DNA of 30,061 bases, taken from positions 1 to 30,061 of IMG/VR virus record IMGVR_UViG_2675903378_000003. One strand, given 5' to 3'. The number at the start of each line of letters is the position of its first letter. Within the stretch, counting starts at the first letter, position 1. The translations under genes were made by a program, and so were the position numbers. Of the stretch, positions 17,235 through 24,375 are shown piece by piece. The DNA is from a virus. Under the pieces are notes generated by a model. The model had not been told where the DNA came from, searched no databases, and saw only the letters and a list, made by a program, of their open reading frames with translations.

Positions 17235-17444
17235 TTATGCTGAGTAGAGATACCAAGGGTTTAAACCGTCCTTGTGCCTCCAGATGAATCGGTCAAGCTC
17301 ATGCGAACATGGCGGTTTGAAAATGCAGATATTCCCGTCGACTTTCTCGCACCAACCGATCAGCTCGCCGGCTGGCTTGGTCATGTGCTGCTCACTGGCG
17401 AAGATGCGGCAGCCCCGCATCGGCTTGAAGAACTGGTACCTCAC
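17235..17444 (-). CDS. Phage hypothetical protein
   Basis: GTG start at 17444 overlapping the upstream TGA (GTGA); VRYQFFKPMRGCRIFASEQHMTKPAGELIGWCEKVDGNICIFKPPCSHELDRFIWRHKDGLNPWYLYSA. Confidence 0.5.
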   Translation of the reverse strand: MRYQFFKPMRGCRIFASEQHMTKPAGELIGWCEKVDGNICIFKPPCSHELDRFIWRHKDGLNPWYLYSA

Positions 17445-17647
17445 GCGTGCATCCGCACGGTGATGTAGCCGTTGCTGGCAACAACGTGGTCCCATCGGTT
17501 GAACCAGATGAGGTCGCCGAACTTCTTCATGGCGGCCTGGCGTACCTTGATCAGCACGTCATCCGGTGTCTCGTTGCCTTCCGGAAGGGCAATCCAGTCC
17601 AGGCGCTTGCCGTTGCTCAGGTGCGCATCGACATTGAATTGAGCCAT
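17441..17647 (-). CDS. Phage hypothetical protein
   Basis: ATG at 17647; MAQFNVDAHLSNGKRLDWIALPEGNETPDDVLIKVRQAAMKKFGDLIWFNRWDHVVASNGYITVRMHA. Confidence 0.65.
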   Translation of the reverse strand: MAQFNVDAHLSNGKRLDWIALPEGNETPDDVLIKVRQAAMKKFGDLIWFNRWDHVVASNGYITVRMHA

Positions 17648-17657
17648 TTCAGTCTCC

Positions 17658-17864
17658 TTACCAGGGTTTCCCAGCGTTGATGTATGCGTTTCCTGCGAGT
17701 TGCGTGAGCGCAACTAGCTCCATCGAATCGATCTCACCGCCGTAGTACAGGCCGCGCAGCATTCCAACCGTTTCGTGGTACTCAATGCGCGCCTCGCGAT
17801 CGTCTTCCGCCTTGCGGAGGACCCGAAGTGCCTGGCGTACAGCACGTGAGGATTTTTCATTCAT
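17658..17864 (-). CDS. Phage hypothetical protein
   Basis: 68 aa; ATGA overlap with the upstream ORF. Confidence 0.6.
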   Translation of the reverse strand: MNEKSSRAVRQALRVLRKAEDDREARIEYHETVGMLRGLYYGGEIDSMELVALTQLAGNAYINAGKPW

Positions 17865-17977
17865 TTTCTGCTCCTCCAGGGCGTGTTGACTTCTTCGATG
17901 CGCCTGTCTCCAAGCGCATCTGAGAAATCGTGTTGGTTCTTTCTCACAGGCCGCGGAATCTCCCCGCCTGCACTCAT
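17861..17977 (-). CDS. Short basic protein, first ORF of the leftward operon (a GTG start at 18079 would give 72 aa)
   Basis: MSAGGEIPRPVRKNQHDFSDALGDRRIEEVNTPWRSRK; ATGA overlap downstream. Confidence 0.5.
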   Translation of the reverse strand: MSAGGEIPRPVRKNQHDFSDALGDRRIEEVNTPWRSRK

Positions 17978-18153
17978 GTTTATTCCAGGTCTACCTTTCG
18001 GCGCTGGTCCGGATCTAAGCTGCTCCGGTCGGGTCGAGGCACGATGCGTTGACGCTGCGTCGTTTTTACCCGTGGTCACCTTTGTCCCGGTGACTCGCTA
18101 AGGGACGCCCTTTCCAGGGCCTGGCGCTGCGGTGTTCTGCGGCGTTGAGGTGA

Positions 18154-18204
18154 AATTTAGAAAACTAAACGATTAAGGTCAAGGGATTTTTTTAGAAATC
18201 TAAA
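18154..18204 (-). promoter_or_regulatory. Predicted PL promoter with operators OL1 (18156-18169) and OL2 (18191-18204)
   Basis: Minus strand TTGACC (18182-18177), N17, TAAATT (18159-18154); TTTAGAAAACTAAA and TTTAGAAATCTAAA fit TTTAG-N4-CTAAA. Confidence 0.75.
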
Positions 18205-18223
18205 CTTTTGGGTTGGGCGGGCA

Positions 18224-18249
18224 CAAAAAAAGCCCGCGCTAGGCGGGCT
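18224..18249 (-). terminator. Rho-independent terminator downstream of the lipoprotein gene
   Basis: Minus strand AGCCCGC-CTAGC-GCGGGCT followed by a run of T. Confidence 0.85.
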
Positions 18250-18270
18250 CTGTCCCTCTGGTTAGGGGTG

Positions 18271-18759
18271 TTACCGTGTGAGCATCTCGCGAAGCTTCAC
18301 ACCATCAGCGATGCTCACGACCTTGGCCACTACGCCTCCTTGGGGGAGGAGTCCGTACTTCGATGGCGCTTGCCAAGTGACGGTTGAACTGAGGAAGTAG
18401 TCGCCTGGCGGGATGTCCGTGAATGTGAAGTTTCCGTTCCCATCCGCCACCGTAGTGATGGACCCCTGTCCTGATCGAGGATCTGGCGCCTCAAGCGCTT
18501 GTCCTCCTATATAGTTCACTTCGTACCACTGTTTCGAATAGGACGTAACGGGGACTAGGTAAACTGTGCTCCCTGCACCGAATTTCACATCTCCACCAAC
18601 GGTCTTCATAAAGACCTGGCCAGTCAATGTGCCAGTCCCTTTTGTCGGAAGAGCGGCAAATTCAGCAGCAGGGAATGGAATTCTCGGGACCGGCGTTTGT
18701 TGAGATACGGCACAACCTGACAGCATGATAATTATTGCTGCTATGGCGATTAAACGCAT
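18271..18759 (-). CDS. Putative lipoprotein with carboxypeptidase-regulatory-like beta-sandwich domain (candidate moron)
   Basis: ATG at 18759 preceded by AAGGAGGTTTC; MRLIAIAAIIIMLSGC lipobox; GTLTGQVFMKTVGG...GSTVYLVPVT...VADGNGNFTFTDIPPGDYFLSS. Confidence 0.75.
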   Translation of the reverse strand: MRLIAIAAIIIMLSGCAVSQQTPVPRIPFPAAEFAALPTKGTGTLTGQVFMKTVGGDVKFGAGSTVYLVPVTSYSKQWYEVNYIGGQALEAPDPRSGQGSITTVADGNGNFTFTDIPPGDYFLSSTVTWQAPSKYGLLPQGGVVAKVVSIADGVKLREMLTR

Positions 18760-18806
18760 GAAACCTCCTTGATTATCAAAAAGCCCGAGTGCCGGTCGGC
18801 ACCTGA

Positions 18807-19472
18807 CTACATCGCGCCGCCACGCCAAACGATACGACCGATAATGTCTACGCCGCGCATACCATCATCAGTGACAGGCTGGTCTGGGTATCGATTTTTG
18901 TCCTGGTTATCCGACCGAATTAGCCATCCTCCCGATATCTCACGGATAAGGCGCTTGAAGATCACCTCTTGGTCGGCATCATACAGGGCGAACATTTTCC
19001 CATTCGTCGGCTCCTTGCAGGAAACATCTATCAGGACGACCTCTCCGTCGGAGAGGGTTGGCCAGTTGCTATCTCCCTGGTTGTAGGCTGCGCGAAGATT
19101 TTCAGCCCTTAGCCCCATCCGTCGAAGCCAGTCGCGCTTAAATGCCAACCCGCCCTTGACCTCAACATGATCGTTTAGGTAGCCATTTCCTGACGAACCC
19201 TTAGCAGTGAGCTGGGGAATAAGCGCGTAGTCGGCCTCTGAAGGAGACCCTTCATGTGAGGGCAGATCCTTTTCTCCCTTCCCAGTTTCCAGCCATGAGG
19301 CGCTGCATTGAAGCACCTTGGCCAAGGCAATCAGGTTCTTCCCTCTGGCCTTGTTGGTGCCATTGGTCCAGTGGGAGAGGGTCCCCTTGGAGACCTTGAT
19401 CTCTCTGGAGATGTCCGAGGCGCTGATGCCTAAGGCATCCATGCGCTGATTGAGTCTGTCTGAAAAGTCCAT
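18807..19472 (-). CDS. cI: CI-type repressor, HTH plus S24/LexA-like peptidase domain
   Basis: N-terminal HTH DRLNQRMDALGISASDISREIKVSKGTLSHWTNG; C-terminal NQGDSNWPTLSDGEVVLID ... VIFKRLIREISGG. Confidence 0.9.
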   Translation of the reverse strand: MDFSDRLNQRMDALGISASDISREIKVSKGTLSHWTNGTNKARGKNLIALAKVLQCSASWLETGKGEKDLPSHEGSPSEADYALIPQLTAKGSSGNGYLNDHVEVKGGLAFKRDWLRRMGLRAENLRAAYNQGDSNWPTLSDGEVVLIDVSCKEPTNGKMFALYDADQEVIFKRLIREISGGWLIRSDNQDKNRYPDQPVTDDGMRGVDIIGRIVWRGGAM

Positions 19473-19473
19473 G

Positions 19474-19534
19474 TTTAGGATTCTAAATCCTTGTTGGTTT
19501 AGATAACTTGCACACGGCTGTTTATTTTTCTAAA
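19474..19534. promoter_or_regulatory. cI-cro operator region with three operator-like sites
   Basis: TTTAGGATTCTAAA (19474-19487), TTTAGATAACTTGC (19498-19511), TTTATTTTTCTAAA (19521-19534). Confidence 0.7.
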
Positions 19535-19536
19535 CT
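19508..19536 (+). promoter_or_regulatory. Predicted PR promoter
   Basis: TTGCAC (19508-19513), N17, TAAACT (19531-19536), overlapping two operator-like sites. Confidence 0.7.
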
Positions 19537-19561
19537 CCAGCAAAACCATGGAGGCAGCCGT

Positions 19562-19759
19562 ATGAATTACGAACAGGCGCTCACCCACTTCGGAACAGGG
19601 CGAGCGATTGCAAAGGCCCTAGGCGTAAGCCCTGGGCGAATTTCTCAGTGCAAATCGGAAGGTGGGTTTTCCTATCAGCATCAGTGCGTCCTGGAGAAGG
19701 CATCCTCTGGCGCGCTTCAGGCCCGTGAAGAAGACGAGCCTCAGCGGATGGCGTCTTGA
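19562..19759 (+). CDS. cro: Cro-like HTH protein
   Basis: MNYEQALTHFGTGRAIAKALGVSPGRISQCKSEG; divergent from cI and downstream of PR. Confidence 0.8.
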   Translation: MNYEQALTHFGTGRAIAKALGVSPGRISQCKSEGGFSYQHQCVLEKASSGALQAREEDEPQRMAS

Positions 19760-19761
19760 CC

Positions 19762-20073
19762 ATGACAGCCAGCCAATTAAACGCCGAGCGTGATGCAAGG
19801 GCACGGGAGTTCGAATCCCTGATCCTCAACCGACTTTTGTCGGTGGGTCAGAAGACCGTCGCTGACGCAATCGGCGTGAGCGAATCGACTGTGAGCCGCT
19901 GGAAAGAGGGCGAGATAGAGCGGTGGTGCAAGGTGCTTGCGCTGCTGGAGCTACAGGTCGTCCCGATGTCGGCTCAGTGCCATCCATCCGAGTACATCCA
20001 GGCGCTCAAGACCCTGGCCGAGCTTGGCTTGCAGGCCGAGAAGAAGCGGCCTGGACCGTTGGGGTGGGATTGA
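19762..20073 (+). CDS. cII: CII-like transcriptional activator
   Basis: MTASQLNAERDARAREFESLILNRLLSVGQKTVADAIGVSESTVSRWKEGEIERWCKVLALLELQVVP. Confidence 0.8.
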   Translation: MTASQLNAERDARAREFESLILNRLLSVGQKTVADAIGVSESTVSRWKEGEIERWCKVLALLELQVVPMSAQCHPSEYIQALKTLAELGLQAEKKRPGPLGWD

Positions 20074-20285
20074 TGCGAAAACACCTCACGAATACCGATT
20101 ACGCCGCAATGGCTAACGCTGCTGAAGAGCTGGCGGGTATGGGGTCGAGTGAGTGGAGGCGCAGATACAACAAAGCCCTGAGCGACTACTACAGGGCTTT
20201 GTCGGTGCGTGGATCGGTGGCAGCCGAATCACGCTTGGGGAAACAACATCAGGTGACAGGTGAATTATGCAACCTCGAACGCTGA
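20073..20285 (+). CDS. Phage hypothetical protein
   Basis: ATG at 20073 in a TGATG overlap; MRKHLTNTDYAAMANAAEELAGMGSSEWRRRYNKALSDYYRAL... Confidence 0.6.
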   Translation: MRKHLTNTDYAAMANAAEELAGMGSSEWRRRYNKALSDYYRALSVRGSVAAESRLGKQHQVTGELCNLER

Positions 20286-20452
20286 CTTACAACGCCTTGG
20301 AGCTTCGTCCGGCGAAGAACTCCATTGCCATCTGCCAAGGTGATCAGGTCGTGACCATCACTCTGGATCAACTCCACCAGTTCACAAGCGATCTCTGCAT
20401 TCTCGCCGCCTCCATGCGCGAAGACATGCGCAATCCGCTGGAGGACGAATAA
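20267..20452 (+). CDS. Phage hypothetical protein
   Basis: 61 aa; TAATG overlap with the next gene. Confidence 0.6.
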   Translation: MQPRTLTYNALELRPAKNSIAICQGDQVVTITLDQLHQFTSDLCILAASMREDMRNPLEDE

Positions 20453-20874
20453 TGAGCGGATACGGTTTTGTTTATGTTCTGACCAGTCCTGCCATGCCTG
20501 GGTTGTATAAGGTTGGTGCGACTACTAGATCTCCGCGTCAGCGTGCTGAAGAACTATCACGCGGGACTGGTGTTCCGCATGAGTTCGAAGTGGCTTTCTA
20601 TGCTGAAGTTCAGGAGCCGTTCCTTTGGGAGCGCCGTGTCCATGCATTGCTCTCAGACAAGCGACTTTCCAGTTCCCGTGAATTCTTCTACGGCCCCCTG
20701 ATCGACATCATTAACACCATCGAGGGCGATGGCGAATGCCTGTCTTACTGGGATAGCGATCAAGCCACTGAGGCCCGTAACCCTGGGATGGTGTGGCCCG
20801 GAAAGCCGCTTTGGTTCGAGCAGAATCTGCATAGCGCCGGTTACCTGGAGCGCCTGCGGAGGAACGCACAATGA
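20452..20874 (+). CDS. T5orf172 / GIY-YIG-like domain protein
   Basis: GFVYVLTSPAMPGLYKVGATTRSPRQRAEELSRGTGVPHEFEVAFYAEVQEPFLWERRVHALLSDKRLSSSREFF. Confidence 0.8.
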   Translation: MSGYGFVYVLTSPAMPGLYKVGATTRSPRQRAEELSRGTGVPHEFEVAFYAEVQEPFLWERRVHALLSDKRLSSSREFFYGPLIDIINTIEGDGECLSYWDSDQATEARNPGMVWPGKPLWFEQNLHSAGYLERLRRNAQ

Positions 20875-21719
20875 GCTTCCAAGCTATGGCGTGGGCTACT
20901 GAGCAGAAGCTCCCAACACGAGAGAAGTTCGTGTTGATCATGCTCGCCAACTATGCCGGGAATGAGCAGTGGGATTGCCACCCGAGCATAAATACCTTGG
21001 CCGATGACACCGGCATGAGTCGCGACACGGTTATTAGGGCGATAAAGGCCCTGGAAGATGCCTCTCTGGTGAAGATCGTTCGCCGCAATGTTGACGGTAT
21101 CAACCTCCCAAATATCTACCGTCTCGTTCGTGCAGGGGGTAGTAGCACTGTGCAGGGGGTAGTAGCTGTATGCGACCAGGGTAGTAGCACTGTGCAGGGA
21201 GGGGTAGTAGCTGTATGCGACTCTAACCAGTCATTAGAACCTATCATTGAACCAGTAGAGCTGCGCGCATCCGCGCCGAAAAAAGATTCCGGGTTGATCG
21301 GGCTGGATGAAATCAAATCCGAGTTTCCCGACCTGCCGGAACAGCTTGTCCGGGATTTTCTCCGCGTCCGAAGGGCGAAGAAGGCTCCGCTGACCGAAAC
21401 CTCATGGCGGCGGATCGCGAAAGTTCTTTCCGAAGCTTCCGAGAAGGGCTGCACTCCGAGTGACGCTCTCGGGTTGGCAGTTGAGCGTGGCTGGCAGGGT
21501 CTTTCGCTGCAATGGCTTTCCAATGCCGGCTTGCTGACCTCGAACGTTAAATCGATCCGCAAAGGGCTCGGCCCGGACGGCAAGTTGCTGCCGGGTTACT
21601 TCTGGCACGACGCCGATATCGACCTTCCGGTTGAGAAGCGCCGCATCCTGAGCGATGAAACCCACGACCGCGCCTCCGGGTATCGCTGGGACTACCTGCG
21701 CTCCAGGGGGCTGGCATGA
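20871..21719 (+). CDS. Lambda O-like replication initiator, HTH domain
   Basis: LPTREKFVLIMLANYAGNEQWDCHPSINTLADDTGMSRDTVIRAIKALEDASLVKI; internal iterons; followed by a helicase gene. Confidence 0.8.
   Translation: MSFQAMAWATEQKLPTREKFVLIMLANYAGNEQWDCHPSINTLADDTGMSRDTVIRAIKALEDASLVKIVRRNVDGINLPNIYRLVRAGGSSTVQGVVAVCDQGSSTVQGGVVAVCDSNQSLEPIIEPVELRASAPKKDSGLIGLDEIKSEFPDLPEQLVRDFLRVRRAKKAPLTETSWRRIAKVLSEASEKGCTPSDALGLAVERGWQGLSLQWLSNAGLLTSNVKSIRKGLGPDGKLLPGYFWHDADIDLPVEKRRILSDETHDRASGYRWDYLRSRGLA
21133..21220 (+). repeat. Iterons within the initiator gene, predicted phage replication origin
   Basis: GTAGTAGC at 21139, 21159, 21181 and 21204 (spacing 20, 22, 23 bp), forming a near-duplicated 44-45 bp unit. 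Confidence 0.85.
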
Positions 21720-23545
21720 CTCCCTCGCAGATCGCCCAGCGCCTCGCAGATCGCGTGATTGACGTTGCTCACCACCTGCTGCCCGGTGGCAAGCGTGAGG
21801 GCTCGGAGTGGCGCGTAGGCAGCGTGAACGGCGAGAAGGGCCAGAGCCTGGGGGTTCACCTCAAGGGCGATAAGGCTGGTGTCTGGTGCGATTTCTCGAC
21901 CGGTGAAACCGGCGACTTGCTGGACCTGTGGCGTGCAGTTCGCAGTTGTGACATGGGCACTGCACTCACCGAGGCGAAATCCTACCTGGGGATCACCGAG
22001 CCCAAGCTCGAAGCGCCGTCGAGGAAGGCCTACGTCCGCCCTGATCGCCCGAAGTGCAAGGCGCCTGGCGATGAGTCTCCGGTCATGGCTTACCTCGCTG
22101 GCCGTGGGCTAAAGCCGGAAACTATCGCGGCGTTCAAGATCGGCGAGAAGGGCCGCGACATCGTGTTTCCGTTTCTGCGCGACGGCACCCTGATCCACTG
22201 GAAAACGCTGTGCATCGACCGCGAGAACGGCAAGAAGAAAATCTTTGCCTCGAAGGATTCGGAGCCGTGCCTCTTCGGCTGGCAGGCGATTCCGGAAGGC
22301 GCCCGAGAGGTGACCATCACCGAAGGCGAGATCGATGCCATGACCGCCTGGCAGTACGGTCGTCCGGCGTTGTCGGTGCCATTTGGGGGCGGCAAGGGCG
22401 AGAAGCAGGCGTGGATCGAGCACGAATACTCGCGGCTCTCCCGGTTCGACGTGATCTACCTCGCCATGGACAACGACGAGGCTGGGAAGCAGGCGACCGA
22501 GGAACTGATCAAGCGTCTGGGGCGTGAGCGCTGTCGCATCCTGGACCTGGGCTGCAAGGACTTCAACGAAGCCCTGGACGCCCTGTTCTACACACGAGAC
22601 GACATTGACGACTGCTACGCCAAGGCCAAGACCCTTGATCCGGAGAAGCTGGTAGGAGCCGAAACCTTCGCCGATGACGTTTGTGCTGAGTTCTTTGAGC
22701 GCAACCCGGTGGTAATGGGGATGGCGACCCCGTGGGAGAAGTCTCACGACACCATTCGGTTCCGCGACAGCGAGGTCACTATCTGGACCGGCTGGAGTGG
22801 TCACGGGAAATCCCAGCTCCTGAACTACCTCGCCTTCCACGGCATGCGCCAGGGCGAAAAGTTCTGTATCGCCTCAATGGAGATGCCGGCCAAGCGCACC
22901 CTGCAACGCATGGTTCGCCAGGCGGCGGGACTGAACCTTCCGTCTCGCGGATACATCCACGCGATCCTGGAGTTTCTAGGAGGTCGGCTGTGGATCTACA
23001 ACCAGATGGGTTCCGCCAATACCGCCGAGATGATCGACACCTTCCGCTATGCCGCACGGCGGTACGGGGTGAAACAGTTCGTCGTTGACAGCTTGGCGAA
23101 GCTTGGCATGGCTGAGGATGACTACAACGGCCAGAAACAGGCCATGGAAGCCATCGTTGGCTTTGCCCACGAAATGGGCGTCCACGTCCATTTGGTCGCC
23201 CACCCGAGAAAGGCTGACGACGAAACAAAGCTTCCAGGAAAGCTCGACGTTCGTGGTGGCGCAATCCTTACCGACCTGGCCGACAACGTGATCACCGTTT
23301 GGCGCAACAAGAAGAAAGAAGTCGCCATGAAGGACGGTAGCGAAGAGGACCGCGCGTACTACGCATCCCATTCCGACGTGAAGATGGTCATCACCAAGCA
23401 GCGCCTGACGGGCGTCGAGGAAACCATCCCGCTCTGGTTTGACCCCGCGTCCGCTCAGTACATGGAGCGCGAAGGCCACAAGCCGCGCCAGTGGATTGAG
23501 TACTCCGGAATCCCACAACAACAAGCCGATCAGGAGGCCGCATGA
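21716..23545 (+). CDS. Bifunctional primase-helicase (T7 gp4/Twinkle-like)
   Basis: Toprim VTITEGEIDAMTAWQYG and VIYLAMDNDEAGKQA; Walker A IWTGWSGHGKSQLLN; QFVVDSLAKLG; DLADNVITVWRNKKKE. Confidence 0.9.
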   Translation: MTPSQIAQRLADRVIDVAHHLLPGGKREGSEWRVGSVNGEKGQSLGVHLKGDKAGVWCDFSTGETGDLLDLWRAVRSCDMGTALTEAKSYLGITEPKLEAPSRKAYVRPDRPKCKAPGDESPVMAYLAGRGLKPETIAAFKIGEKGRDIVFPFLRDGTLIHWKTLCIDRENGKKKIFASKDSEPCLFGWQAIPEGAREVTITEGEIDAMTAWQYGRPALSVPFGGGKGEKQAWIEHEYSRLSRFDVIYLAMDNDEAGKQATEELIKRLGRERCRILDLGCKDFNEALDALFYTRDDIDDCYAKAKTLDPEKLVGAETFADDVCAEFFERNPVVMGMATPWEKSHDTIRFRDSEVTIWTGWSGHGKSQLLNYLAFHGMRQGEKFCIASMEMPAKRTLQRMVRQAAGLNLPSRGYIHAILEFLGGRLWIYNQMGSANTAEMIDTFRYAARRYGVKQFVVDSLAKLGMAEDDYNGQKQAMEAIVGFAHEMGVHVHLVAHPRKADDETKLPGKLDVRGGAILTDLADNVITVWRNKKKEVAMKDGSEEDRAYYASHSDVKMVITKQRLTGVEETIPLWFDPASAQYMEREGHKPRQWIEYSGIPQQQADQEAA

Positions 23546-23664
23546 AGCGCTGCTGGAAGGTAGTTCTGCCGGGCCGCCCGGCGTTCACGATGATTCTGAT
23601 GGAGGACTGCGACCCGGTAGAGGTCGTGAAGAGCATTTGGCCTGAAGGGAGGATCGAGCAGTGA
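23542..23664 (+). CDS. Small phage protein, 40 aa, absent from the supplied ORF track
   Basis: MKRCWKVVLPGRPAFTMILMEDCDPVEVVKSIWPEGRIEQ; ATGA overlap upstream and GTGA overlap downstream. Confidence 0.65.
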   Translation: MKRCWKVVLPGRPAFTMILMEDCDPVEVVKSIWPEGRIEQ

Positions 23665-24170
23665 CGCCCGCAAAACAGGAGTCTCTCATGCAGGGACAGA
23701 CCGGCATCGCGAAGAAGGTCTACGAGTGCGTACCGATCTCTGAGTCCTGGCGTTCGTTCCAAGTGCTCACTGCGCTCCGCAACATGACCGGAAGCACGCC
23801 GGACGTTCGGATTGTCCAGGGCTGTCTGCGCGATCTGGTCGATTCCGGACTGATCCGCCGCACTGGTACTGACCACTACCAACGAATCCAAGTCGAGAAA
23901 AAGACCAAGCCTCAGGAGCCGAAGATGGGCGAGCCCGCGAAGAAGATCGAAACCCAGTCCGAGCCGAAGCGCTCCGCCTCCCCGCTGGAGATGTTGGGCG
24001 AACTGGCAAACGAGCTCGCCGGCATGGCCGAACACATGAAGCGCCTGTCTGATCGCATCGAGGACGTCGCGCTGGCAGTTGAGCAGGAACGCGAATCGAA
24101 CGCCAAGTCGATGGAAAGCTATCGCCAGCTCAAGGCACTACTGAAGAGCCTGCAAGGGGAGGGTGAGTGA
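23661..24170 (+). CDS. Phage hypothetical protein with winged-helix-like N-terminus and coiled-coil C-terminus
   Basis: GTG start; KVYECVPISESWRSFQVLTALRNMTGSTPDVRIVQGCLRDLVDSGLIRRTG... Confidence 0.65.
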   Translation: MTPAKQESLMQGQTGIAKKVYECVPISESWRSFQVLTALRNMTGSTPDVRIVQGCLRDLVDSGLIRRTGTDHYQRIQVEKKTKPQEPKMGEPAKKIETQSEPKRSASPLEMLGELANELAGMAEHMKRLSDRIEDVALAVEQERESNAKSMESYRQLKALLKSLQGEGE

Positions 24171-24171
24171 C

Positions 24172-24375
24172 ATGGATATCGTAGACATCGCCAACGACTA
24201 CGCCGAGCGTGAACTCGCTGAACGCCTGTACTCCCGAGTCAAGTACGTCGGCGAGAGCCTGTCCGAATGTGAAGACTGCGGCGAGGAGATTCCTGTGGCG
24301 CGGCGCTCGATCGTTCCTGGGGTTCGGAAGTGCCTTTCTTGCCAGGAATACTTGGAGGCAATCAATGGACGCTGA
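24172..24375 (+). CDS. TraR/DksA-family zinc finger protein
   Basis: CEDCGEEIPVARRSIVPGVRKCLSCQ fits C-x2-C-x17-C-x2-C of TraR/DksA. Confidence 0.85.
   Translation: MDIVDIANDYAERELAERLYSRVKYVGESLSECEDCGEEIPVARRSIVPGVRKCLSCQEYLEAINGR

Noticed and set aside
18760-18806. Possible terminator between cI and the lipoprotein (GTGCC-GACC-GGCAC TCGGGCTTTTTG, minus strand)
   Set aside because: The stem is short and separated from the T run by several GC-rich bases. It could attenuate but not convincingly terminate, so it is not listed as a feature.
21133-21220. Possible CRISPR-like repeats
   Set aside because: Only four short repeats with 20-23 bp spacing and repeated spacers, inside a replication initiator gene. 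They are iterons. No CRISPR array or cas gene was seen in the window.
22109-24035. Minus-strand ORFs (243, 182, 161 and 214 aa) opposite the helicase gene
   Set aside because: Antisense to a gene with clear primase-helicase motifs; high-GC shadow ORFs.
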